36,108 nucleotides of DNA, taken from positions 1 to 36,108 of IMG/VR virus record IMGVR_UViG_3300031519_000085. One strand, given 5' to 3'. The notes under the pieces were generated by a model. It searched no databases, was not told the DNA's origin, and saw nothing but the letters and a program-made list of their open reading frames with translations. This DNA is from a virus. Its lineage: Duplodnaviria; Caudoviricetes. Made by a program: the position numbers and the translations under genes. This document shows, in pieces, positions 1 through 7,897 of the stretch. The first letter of the stretch is position 1. Each line of letters opens with the position of its first letter.

Positions 1-361
1 CGTGAACAACGTCAGCAAGGGCACTAATCGCAGGCGTAATCAGTTCAAGCTCTCTCACACGAGCTTCTAACTCTGAGATGCGCTTGTCTTTTTCCGCCGA
101 CGCCTCACGGAACTGCTGCTCCAAAGCCTGGCGAGCTTCTCCGTATTTGCCTTGTTGTTCCAGATCCGCTTGAACCGCCTTTTGCTTGAAGTCCAATAGC
201 TCTTGAACATCAACGCCCTCCGGGATAGCTTTGGCTTGAGCTTTTGCTTTCTTGTACTCATCAATCAATTCAGCGTTTTTACGCCTCATTGCTTCGAGTT
301 CGGCTTCTAGTTTGCTGGTGTCAACAGATTGCTCCACAGGAGCATTTTGTTCTTCGGACAT
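1..361 (-). CDS. capsid scaffolding protein (5' part; runs off window)
   Basis: Manually read ORF from ATG at 361: MSEEQNAPVEQSVDTSKLEAELEAMRRKNAELIDEYKKAK...LEQQGKYGEARQALEQQFRE...; coiled-coil, E/K-rich, located downstream of portal and gpF. Confidence 0.75.
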   Translation of the reverse strand, partial: MSEEQNAPVEQSVDTSKLEAELEAMRRKNAELIDEYKKAKAQAKAIPEGVDVQELLDFKQKAVQADLEQQGKYGEARQALEQQFREASAEKDKRISELEARVRELELITPAISALADVVH

Positions 362-393
362 GAATTAGCCACAGGCTAAATTGCTTTATTAGC

Positions 394-477
394 TTACTTT
401 GTTTTCTTGCCTCCTTTCTTTTTCTTCTTAGGCGCTGCCATCTGTGGCTTTTTGGGTCCGTAGTTCTTGCCGGGCAT
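394..477 (-). CDS. very small Lys-rich peptide (27 aa)
   Basis: MPGKNYGPKKPQMAAPKKKKKGGKKTK*; fills the gap before the scaffold gene; below the ORF-track cutoff. Confidence 0.5.
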   Translation of the reverse strand: MPGKNYGPKKPQMAAPKKKKKGGKKTK

Positions 478-520
478 GTCGCAAAGCTAAGCTTCCCCAA
501 TCTTAGAGCTTTCAAGGCTT

Positions 521-769
521 ATGTCCTCTTTCCTTGTTGACAACGCCGAAGGGATGACCGTTAGGCAGCTAAGGAAAGCACTTTCAAGGATTCCTGAAGT
601 TGACAACGACGGCAACGAGGCCAAGGTTTTTGCAGCGTGCGGCAACCTTCAGACATCACCAATAAAAATCGCCACCCTTGATGAGGATGGCGATCTGCTG
701 TTGGTTCCTGAGTTTTGGCAGGAAGTAATGGAAAGCGTTGAAAGCTGGGAAGACTTTATCGGTGATTGA
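521..769 (+). CDS. acidic hypothetical protein, opposite strand within head module
   Basis: 82-aa ORF with MTVRQLRKAL-type N-terminal helix; fills intergenic space; its stop abuts the stop of 770..1300. Confidence 0.65.
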   Translation: MSSFLVDNAEGMTVRQLRKALSRIPEVDNDGNEAKVFAACGNLQTSPIKIATLDEDGDLLLVPEFWQEVMESVESWEDFIGD

Positions 770-1300
770 TCAACGACGTTTCGCTGCGCGGCGTTTTGCC
801 TTGCTGCCTTTGCCTCCAGATTTTTCAATACGCATTTTCTCCTGTTGCTGCGAGCGAACGTATCGAGCCTGTTGAGACGAAATCTTTTGGCCTTTCAGTG
901 CTTTATTGCTAACCTTGCGAACTAAAGCTTTTTTCGCCGTAGCTGAAGACTGACGGGGTTTTGCTTTTGCGGCGGACTTGCTCAAGCCTTTGAAGCTTCC
1001 TTGAAGATTCTTCTTACCGCCTTGAAGCCCACGCTTCACGCGAGTCGCTCCAGACTTAGAACCAGCGACCTGCCGAGAGGCAAATTTTCCAGCGGCTGAC
1101 TTAGAACCACCGCGAGAGCTAGCGGCCACTTTTTTCATGCCCTGCGCGCCCTTCACCTTGAGCTGCGATTCTTTGTATTTAGCGCGGGCCTTGGTGTTTT
1201 TAGAGCTTTTGCCCATCTTGCCGCCCTTGGACTTAGATCCAATGCCACCGCCGCCGCCGGAAAAGCGTCCGATTTTGTCTCTTTTGTAACGCCTTGCCAT
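770..1300 (-). CDS. highly basic K/R/G/S-rich protein, possibly virion DNA-binding
   Basis: 176 aa, starts MARRYKRDKIGRF, very few acidic residues. Confidence 0.75.
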   Translation of the reverse strand: MARRYKRDKIGRFSGGGGGIGSKSKGGKMGKSSKNTKARAKYKESQLKVKGAQGMKKVAASSRGGSKSAAGKFASRQVAGSKSGATRVKRGLQGGKKNLQGSFKGLSKSAAKAKPRQSSATAKKALVRKVSNKALKGQKISSQQARYVRSQQQEKMRIEKSGGKGSKAKRRAAKRR

Positions 1301-1329
1301 GGCCGTAGCGCAAAATTTACTTGTTTAGT

Positions 1330-1452
1330 TTATTCCCTTTTTACCTGCTTTTTGTCAGCCTTGGCCTTTGGCGCTGGTTTCTTAGGAGGGCAAGACGCTG
1401 GTGACGCTTCCTCCTGAACCGTGAGCTTGAACTTACTGTGCAGCTTTGACAT
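1330..1452 (-). CDS. small basic hypothetical protein (40 aa)
   Basis: MSKLHSKFKLTVQEEASPASCPPKKPAPKAKADKKQVKRE*; overlaps the gpF 3' end and fills the gap. Confidence 0.5.
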   Translation of the reverse strand: MSKLHSKFKLTVQEEASPASCPPKKPAPKAKADKKQVKRE

Positions 1453-3460
1453 CGGGATAACGACGGCGTAACTGAGCCAAGGTTAGCTCTGACCCGTCTT
1501 GAGAAACGAATTTCCTGATTGCCTTAGTTGGGCCAACTTTTTTGACAAGACTTTCAAAATAAGGAACCTTTGATGCGCCCAGCACGTCATCCTTTACGGC
1601 CTTGGGTTGAAGCTCAAGCCATTGGCCATAGGTTTGATCTGATGGCACCAACCCATTGCGGCTGCTGCGCTTGCTTGGCGGTGGCGGATCAAAACCCAAA
1701 CCCTTGTAATCAACAATCGGCACCGTCGTTGATCTGCAATTATGAGTTAAGACGGAGTCAGCACAGTAAGTGCCGCTCTCTGTTTCAAAGTTGTAGACAT
1801 GCCCGCTAAATGGTTCCCAGCCGATCCAGCAGACATCGGCCTGATTGTATCCCTGTTCGACGAGGGCATCGGCGTTCGCGGCATCGCGGATCGCTTCGGC
1901 GTCTCGCCAAGTCCCATAGAGCGCATCATCTTGGAATCCGGGCGCAAGCTCCGCAACAGGAGTGAGCAGCAATTTGCTCGCATGAGCCGTGCCACCCCCG
2001 ACGAGCGCAAGGCTTTGGCTTCCGCCGCTCACGCTGCAAGACGCGGGCGCCCCAATTCCGAGGCTGCCGGGATCAAAATGGCCGCTGCCCGTTGTCGCAA
2101 GGTTGGACCGCTTGAAGCTGAAGTCAAGCAGTGTCTTGAGCAAGCCGGGATTAACTGCGAAGAGCAGTTTCCAGTTGGCAAGTACAACTGCGATTTGCTC
2201 TGCTCCTTGGGCGCTAGACGTGTCGCCGTGGAAGTCTGGGGCGGCGGTTGGCACTTTTACGGTAAACACCGACGCAGATTCCCTGAACGCACGGAATACA
2301 TCTTCAGCAGTGGTTACGACATGGTGTTTCTGGTCATTCGCAATGGTCTCAGGTGGAATGATATTGCTTGCAAAAACTTGATCGCCAACTTGTACGAGAT
2401 TGGCAGGTTTCCATCCAGCACTTGTCAGTACAGGATGATTTGGGGTGACTCTGAGCACTTGACCATTGGTGGTCTTGATGACATAAAGCAAGCCTTGATA
2501 GTGCCGACGGTAAACCGCCGCGATGCTGCCACTGGTCGTTACTTGAGCGTCTCCAGGTAAGCAATTGAAATGCTGCGGCGGAACTGGTCCTTTGCCGTAA
2601 ACAAACTCTTTACCGTCTAAGGCTCGACAGATGGGCGAAGTTCTGCTGTCCAACGTGGCGACATACCTGTATTTTTTGGTCACGTCTTGATTGGCTTCGT
2701 AGACCTGTTGGCTTGAAGCGTTAGCAACCTGATTGATACTTGTGCGAACCAGGGCCATCACTTGATGATTTGCCACAGCTGTGACTTCGCCACCGGCTTG
2801 AGCCATCTGACGCAAACTCATGGCGGGCTGGCCAAACCGCAAGCGACCCTTTAAGCGACGCGCCAACTTATCGGTTGATTCGCCAGTCAGTAAACCATTC
2901 CGAACAGTCTTGGCAAAAAGGTCAGCTTGAGATTCAGCCAAGCCTCGAAATGACTTTTCAAGCACCTTGCCGTTGGGCAAAGTAATGACTGAACCCTGCG
3001 CTGCCGTCAAACGAAACGCTTGCGGAGCCCCCGTAACCGCAGCCTGAAGGTCGTCACTTAACGTAACAACGTTCAAAGCAGTTGGGTCAATAGTGGCTAC
3101 TGCTTGAGCAAACTGCGGGCTGATCTGCACGCTTCTGATCTGATTCGCCAGCTCAACAGGCAATGCCTTGGCCAGCTCACTGGTCACAAACTCGCTTTGC
3201 AATACGGCTAGCCCTTGCAGCTCTTCAACAGCAAGCAACGTGCTGGCCTCCGCCCAGTTATCAAGTGACCCTTTCAGTTGCGCGAGAATGGCCCGAAGCC
3301 GTGCAGCTTTGACAGGCGCTGCAAGCTCATCAATCCCACGGAGCTGATCAACAGCATCCAAAACAAGATCGTTATATGTAATGGCAATTCGCTTTGCCAC
3401 GCTGTTGCTAAAGCGGTTGAGATCGATGGCATTCCGATACAGCTCCGCTGGTGTTGTCAT
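1433..3460 (-). CDS. minor head/head morphogenesis protein (Mu gpF / SPP1 gp7 family) interrupted by an intein; 675-aa precursor, about 400 aa spliced
   Basis: YVATLDSRTSPICRALDG...PPQHFN|CRST motif is restored after removing the intein; C-terminal TYGQWL...VLG; located downstream of portal. Confidence 0.9.
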   Translation of the reverse strand: MTTPAELYRNAIDLNRFSNSVAKRIAITYNDLVLDAVDQLRGIDELAAPVKAARLRAILAQLKGSLDNWAEASTLLAVEELQGLAVLQSEFVTSELAKALPVELANQIRSVQISPQFAQAVATIDPTALNVVTLSDDLQAAVTGAPQAFRLTAAQGSVITLPNGKVLEKSFRGLAESQADLFAKTVRNGLLTGESTDKLARRLKGRLRFGQPAMSLRQMAQAGGEVTAVANHQVMALVRTSINQVANASSQQVYEANQDVTKKYRYVATLDSRTSPICRALDGKEFVYGKGPVPPQHFNCLPGDAQVTTSGSIAAVYRRHYQGLLYVIKTTNGQVLRVTPNHPVLTSAGWKPANLVQVGDQVFASNIIPPETIANDQKHHVVTTAEDVFRAFRESASVFTVKVPTAAPDFHGDTSSAQGAEQIAVVLANWKLLFAVNPGLLKTLLDFSFKRSNLATTGSGHFDPGSLGIGAPASCSVSGGSQSLALVGGGTAHASKLLLTPVAELAPGFQDDALYGTWRDAEAIRDAANADALVEQGYNQADVCWIGWEPFSGHVYNFETESGTYCADSVLTHNCRSTTVPIVDYKGLGFDPPPPSKRSSRNGLVPSDQTYGQWLELQPKAVKDDVLGASKVPYFESLVKKVGPTKAIRKFVSQDGSELTLAQLRRRYPDVKAAQ
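1739..2563 (-). mobile_element. intein (Hint domain), 275 aa, inserted at PPQHFN|CRS
   Basis: Block A CLPGDAQV (Cys1 at 2563-2561), block B VTPNHPVLT plus GWKPA..VQVGD, block F GHVYNFET, block G THN followed by Cys+1 (1738-1736). Confidence 0.93.
1799..2560 (+). CDS. putative homing endonuclease: HTH + NUMOD3-like + DUF559/Vsr-like PD-(D/E)XK domain, encoded antisense within the intein
   Basis: HTH LFDEGIGVRGIADRFGVSPSPIERII; RGRPNSEAAGIKMA; LEAEVKQCLEQAGINCEEQFPVGKYNCDLL...VAVEVWGGGWH...RTEYIFSSGYDMVFL. Confidence 0.82.
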   Translation: MPAKWFPADPADIGLIVSLFDEGIGVRGIADRFGVSPSPIERIILESGRKLRNRSEQQFARMSRATPDERKALASAAHAARRGRPNSEAAGIKMAAARCRKVGPLEAEVKQCLEQAGINCEEQFPVGKYNCDLLCSLGARRVAVEVWGGGWHFYGKHRRRFPERTEYIFSSGYDMVFLVIRNGLRWNDIACKNLIANLYEIGRFPSSTCQYRMIWGDSEHLTIGGLDDIKQALIVPTVNRRDAATGRYLSVSR

Positions 3461-3747
3461 GGCTCTTCAATTCCTACAGCTTCAGGAGGTTCGGCGCAAA
3501 TGATTGAAACGTCTGCGCCACCTCTTAAAGCTTCCCCTACAAGCTGACCAAACTCAGGAATAGCGTCTTCGTCGTCTTCTCTTAACTGCGACTCAACAAC
3601 ACCAATCGGCATTCCCTTTTCGTGCCAAGTCACGCGAATGACAGCGAACAAGTCACCCTCTAATGGTGTCTGCGCGTAGTAAAGAACCTGTTGCCTTGAT
3701 TCAGGCTCAGGCTCTGGCTGCTTTCGTGCGGGTCTGTTCCAAAACAT
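3457..3747 (-). CDS. hypothetical protein between portal and gpF
   Basis: 96 aa, overlaps both neighbours by 1-4 nt. Confidence 0.7.
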   Translation of the reverse strand: MFWNRPARKQPEPEPESRQQVLYYAQTPLEGDLFAVIRVTWHEKGMPIGVVESQLREDDEDAIPEFGQLVGEALRGGADVSIICAEPPEAVGIEEP

Positions 3748-5189
3748 CAGCTAGGAATCTCAGGTTGATCTTCAGGCTCGGCTGACTCTTCAGGGATCAC
3801 AGGGTTAGCCGGTGGCGTTGGCTGGTTCATTTCAATCAAGCCGCCAACTTGCGTGGCCTCTAGCTCTTCCTCAACGTCGAACTCATCGCCAAGAACCTCG
3901 CCAGCTTCTAACTGGTTTAGCAACGTGTTTTGCGTGATGGTCCCTGCCGTGTAGAGCTGCAACAGTGATTGGATCTCTGTTGGCTCCAAACGTGCAGCCA
4001 AGAAATCACGATTGACAAAGCTGCTGCCAACTTGAGATTCTTGCAAGTAGGCCGCATGAAACCGCAAGCAGTTGTCGATCATGTCCTGCATCTGCTGGGC
4101 AATGACCATCATTGTGGAATCGCCTTGACTGCGGTCGATGCGCTTGGCCTCGGCTGTTTCTGCCGATAGCTTTTGACCCAAGACAGCGGCAAGCCCTAGC
4201 TCGTTGATCTGCATCGCGATTTGCTCAAGCCGTTGGAACTGCGCGTCGTAACTTCTGCCGCTTGGCTCGATGTATTCAGCGCGGCCCTCAGCTGGGAATG
4301 CAATCGCTTCGCCAGGTCCGGCGCTTACCTCTTCCGATGATTGCGGGAACCCGTAGAACGCGAGCAAAGGAACAGCTGAAAGGTGCAGCTGATTATCAAG
4401 ATCAGACTGGACCTGATACGCCTTGAGGTTCAGCTCTGCAATGTCGGCCATTGGTGGCCGCGACTCCATCACGTTGACGCGGTTGGAATAAGCAACAGAG
4501 AACGGGATTTCATCAAGACTGGTTGTGCCTTCATCAATGACGCGAAAGTCACCTTTCTGATCTTTCTGATGAATCTCAAATGCGCCTGGAGTTAAGACAC
4601 GAACCTGCTCGACTTCTTTTTCGCCGTAATCACCATCAGCAACAACGGTCCTTTCCATCAAGCGAAGCTGAGTCAACTTTTGCCGCCCATCGCTTAATTC
4701 TGTACGCCATCCAAGAATGTCTCTGGGTGTGTACGTCACCCAATAAGGCCGACCGTTAGACCCTGCTTGTGGGGCATCAACTAAAACTCCGCAGTGGCCG
4801 TAACGAATGCACTTCCTAGCGGTGTCATAAGTCCAGACGTTTAGATCGTTGCCCTGAAGGTCAACGTCAAAGAGCTGCTCTGTGATCAGGTCGCTCACGT
4901 CTGTCAACCTGACGGGCTTTCGGGTCAACATGCCCGCCAACATTCGTTCAAGCCTGACGTAATACGGAGCCAACGTTGAACGGATCAGTCTGTTGTCGTA
5001 TGACTCATCAAGCTCTCTAGGTTCTTGCGGCAAATATTTTCGATGCTTCTTTCTGATGCCATAAGTGCTCTGCAAAAGAGCTTCAATCAGCTCCCAATGA
5101 GGCTCCTGATTTACCCAGGCTGTGTTCGGGTCGTTGACGCGAGTAACGCTTCCAACCCGCTGCCTGCCGCCCGAAAAACCTGAATACAC
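3747..5189 (-). CDS. portal protein (DUF4055-like)
   Basis: 480 aa directly after TerL; YLPQEPRELDESYDNRL, GHCGVLVDAP, acidic tail. Confidence 0.85.
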   Translation of the reverse strand: MYSGFSGGRQRVGSVTRVNDPNTAWVNQEPHWELIEALLQSTYGIRKKHRKYLPQEPRELDESYDNRLIRSTLAPYYVRLERMLAGMLTRKPVRLTDVSDLITEQLFDVDLQGNDLNVWTYDTARKCIRYGHCGVLVDAPQAGSNGRPYWVTYTPRDILGWRTELSDGRQKLTQLRLMERTVVADGDYGEKEVEQVRVLTPGAFEIHQKDQKGDFRVIDEGTTSLDEIPFSVAYSNRVNVMESRPPMADIAELNLKAYQVQSDLDNQLHLSAVPLLAFYGFPQSSEEVSAGPGEAIAFPAEGRAEYIEPSGRSYDAQFQRLEQIAMQINELGLAAVLGQKLSAETAEAKRIDRSQGDSTMMVIAQQMQDMIDNCLRFHAAYLQESQVGSSFVNRDFLAARLEPTEIQSLLQLYTAGTITQNTLLNQLEAGEVLGDEFDVEEELEATQVGGLIEMNQPTPPANPVIPEESAEPEDQPEIPS

Positions 5190-5216
5190 GTTAAAACCCC
5201 GCCTAATCCCTTCAGT

Positions 5217-6542
5217 TTAGTAAAGCCTAATGCCAGTGCCTCGACCAGCGTGCTCATACAAAGGATTGAATGCACCTAAAACCAAATAACCGAGGCCGTC
5301 TGTCCAGTGCTCAATGTTTGCTGATTTGTCGATCACATAATCCTCGGTGCCTGCTTTGAAAGTCACGTTCCTGAGTGCTTTGATTGTGTGCTTGCAGCGT
5401 GGGTGAACAAAAAGACGAATACTGCCCTTCGCTGTCTTGATCATCCAGTTAGTTGCGTTGATTTTGTCTTTTACGGCCCATGGCGCTTTAGGGCTGATAC
5501 AGCTAAAGCCGAAACGCCTAATAATGTCATGATCTGTTCTTCCAGCAGACGAGGTCTTGCGCGCGGATCCTGTCGGGTCTGGATAAGCAATGATCTTGCG
5601 ATCAGGGAAACGCTCTTTAAGCATGGCGCAAACCTCATCAGTGTTTGATTGTTTTACCGCCAGTTCATCCCAGATGTGCAGCGTGTCACCGACCCTGCTG
5701 CTCAATACGCCAGCCATGATGCTGACGTTGAAGTCTGTGCCCCAAAGAATCGGCCCGCCAGTATCAACGATGTCCTCTGAGATGTTTTCATTGCCAAAGC
5801 CTGGGTAAACCCTGCCTGAAAGAGTTTCAAAACTGGCTAAATATTCTTGCCGGAACGTGCGCTCATCCAGCGTATTACGAGCAGCCTCAATCTCTTCTGC
5901 TGCAACGTTGCCACCATCAATCGTAGTAAAAGAGAACGTGTCCCAATCAGATTGCTCTTGTGCTTGCTCCCATAAATCATGAAACCAGTTCAGCCCAGCT
6001 GGAGTGGTGATAAACCAAGCAGGGCCACCTTGATCGGACAAAGCAGGGCGTAGCACCGTCTCCCAAGCTTCTTGTTTCACGTAGGCCGCTTCGTCTATCA
6101 CTAACGCTGAAAGCGATACGCCCCGCAGCGCATCAGGGTTTTCAGCGCCACGTAAGGCAATGATGCTGCCGTTTGTTAGCTCAATGCTTAAGTCCGATTC
6201 GTTGCGCTTGACGCATATCGACATCGGTACCATTGCTTTCAATTGACGCCAGGCAATCTGCTTTGCCATTCGATAGTTCGCCGTGACATACCAACACAAG
6301 CTGTTCGGCTTTCCGACAGCCCAGTTGATTAGCCGCGTGATGCAGAGATAGGTTTTGCCGAAACGTCGGCCAGAGCACAACAGCTTGAAACGTTCCCCTG
6401 CGTCATACACCTGTCGCTGAGGATCAGTCAAGGTGCCGTACAGCTGGTCGCCAAGGTTTAGTAATGCCTCATCTGCTTCGCCCGATGCCTGCGGCTCTGA
6501 ATCCAGAATGCATCCGCGTGGCAGCGTCGCGAAAATGCTCAT
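5217..6542 (-). CDS. terL: terminase large subunit
   Basis: Walker A SGRRFGKT, LRGVSLSALVIDEAA (Walker B), ITTPAG coupling motif, FRQEYLASF, nuclease GTDFN and HWTDGLGY; ATG 6542 couples to the upstream stop. Confidence 0.95.
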   Translation of the reverse strand: MSIFATLPRGCILDSEPQASGEADEALLNLGDQLYGTLTDPQRQVYDAGERFKLLCSGRRFGKTYLCITRLINWAVGKPNSLCWYVTANYRMAKQIAWRQLKAMVPMSICVKRNESDLSIELTNGSIIALRGAENPDALRGVSLSALVIDEAAYVKQEAWETVLRPALSDQGGPAWFITTPAGLNWFHDLWEQAQEQSDWDTFSFTTIDGGNVAAEEIEAARNTLDERTFRQEYLASFETLSGRVYPGFGNENISEDIVDTGGPILWGTDFNVSIMAGVLSSRVGDTLHIWDELAVKQSNTDEVCAMLKERFPDRKIIAYPDPTGSARKTSSAGRTDHDIIRRFGFSCISPKAPWAVKDKINATNWMIKTAKGSIRLFVHPRCKHTIKALRNVTFKAGTEDYVIDKSANIEHWTDGLGYLVLGAFNPLYEHAGRGTGIRLY

Positions 6543-6742
6543 ACGTCGCAAACAGCACGTTGAGCAGCATCAGCGACAAACGCTTGCAATGACTCGCGCC
6601 TGATAGCGTTTTCCAATTGTTTTTTGTGATCTTCAACTAAATGCATTGATGACACATAGCAACATTTACGGATGCCATCTTTTTCTAAACACACCTCATA
6701 CATTGTGCCGTCTTCTGTAGTCCGCAATTGCAAATCAGACAT
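6539..6742 (-). CDS. hypothetical protein
   Basis: 67 aa, translationally coupled on both sides. Confidence 0.65.
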   Translation of the reverse strand: MSDLQLRTTEDGTMYEVCLEKDGIRKCCYVSSMHLVEDHKKQLENAIRRESLQAFVADAAQRAVCDV

Positions 6743-7098
6743 TAATCAAATAACCTAGCGATCTTGGCAGCACTATTTATGCAGCCAAGAGTGACACTGT
6801 CATTCTGCCTAGTACTGGTCTTTTTGTGCAGATCGTTTAATTGTTGTAGCAAGAGGGCCGCAAAATCTGTTCTATCTAATGACCAAATTTCCCTCACTTC
6901 CGTAAGAGCTTCTCGGTAAAGCCGTTTGCCAGATGACTTGGTAAGCCCCCACTCTTGCTCCACATATTGAACACAATCCATCTGGTTAGCCCCTTGCGCC
7001 ATCATGCGAGCCAGCTTATGCACCCGGTACTCTTTGACTGCACCAGTCGAACGCGGTGCCTTTTTTCTTTTTTCCTTATCGCCAGTGTTTTTAGCCAT
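6742..7098 (-). CDS. probable terminase small subunit
   Basis: 118 aa helical/HTH-like protein upstream of terL. Confidence 0.55.
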   Translation of the reverse strand: MAKNTGDKEKRKKAPRSTGAVKEYRVHKLARMMAQGANQMDCVQYVEQEWGLTKSSGKRLYREALTEVREIWSLDRTDFAALLLQQLNDLHKKTSTRQNDSVTLGCINSAAKIARLFD

Positions 7099-7897
7099 GG
7101 TTTGCGAAGCTATCTAGTGCATACCAGACATGGCTATTACGATAGCCGCCTTGGTGCGTTGGGATGATGGGCGTTACGCCGTGCCTATTTCTCCAAGCTG
7201 GGTACACCAAGAGGGAGTTGTTTGTTTGGTCAAAGGTAGCGTCGAAGTCAGGGACATGGAGGTTGCCGCCTGTGCTGTTTTGACGCTTGGTGATGATGAG
7301 GTTGACCGCTCCTTTGATGTTGGCGTTGTCCTGATGGATGGGTGCCGCGATGTTGCAGTTAGAGATAGTGGAGCTGAAGTGATTTGCGAACCGCCATTTG
7401 CGGGGAAGCCGTTCCTCGACTTTGGCTAAATGATGGTTGTAAACATCAGGGATGTAATGGTTGACGAGGCCCATGCAGTTTTTACCTGCCATGAGCATGG
7501 CTTTACTGAAAACCTCCGAAGTTTTGCTGGCGTGCAATGAGGACCGAGAAGGATAGTTGCGCCTCATATGGGGCTTTGGAGGGATGCTGCCAAGGATGGC
7601 GCTGTATTGGCTCACGACTTTGTATTGGTTTTTGCCTTTGACAGTGCCGATCAAAGTTTTGCGATCCATGACTGATTTTGGGACGCGCTTGCTGCGTAAT
7701 TCCTGATCCGCAATGGTTACGAGGTTGATCAGGTCTTTAGGTAGCTCTTTGAGGAAGAGACCTACTTGAGAGCCGTCCGGGTCGAGGAGAATGCAGGACT
7801 CGGTGACGGTTGGATCAAGGGTTGGGCAGGCGTCACCCATTTTTAGCGGTGAGGTTGAAGGTTTCAGCCTGATGGCTTTGAGGGTAGCGATCGTCAT
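7091..7897 (-). CDS. 2OG-Fe(II) dioxygenase, TET/JBP-like
   Basis: N-x-x-A-P-I-H-Q-D (HxD), GGNLHVP, RHGVTPI (distal His), RNSHVWY (2OG-binding R-x-S). Confidence 0.8.
   Translation of the reverse strand: MTIATLKAIRLKPSTSPLKMGDACPTLDPTVTESCILLDPDGSQVGLFLKELPKDLINLVTIADQELRSKRVPKSVMDRKTLIGTVKGKNQYKVVSQYSAILGSIPPKPHMRRNYPSRSSLHASKTSEVFSKAMLMAGKNCMGLVNHYIPDVYNHHLAKVEERLPRKWRFANHFSSTISNCNIAAPIHQDNANIKGAVNLIITKRQNSTGGNLHVPDFDATFDQTNNSLLVYPAWRNRHGVTPIIPTHQGGYRNSHVWYALDSFANHG

Noticed and set aside
1747-2381. Other ORFs overlapping the intein (1747..2010 -, 1989..2381 +)
   Set aside because: No recognisable motifs; by-products of GC-rich, stop-poor dual-coding DNA.
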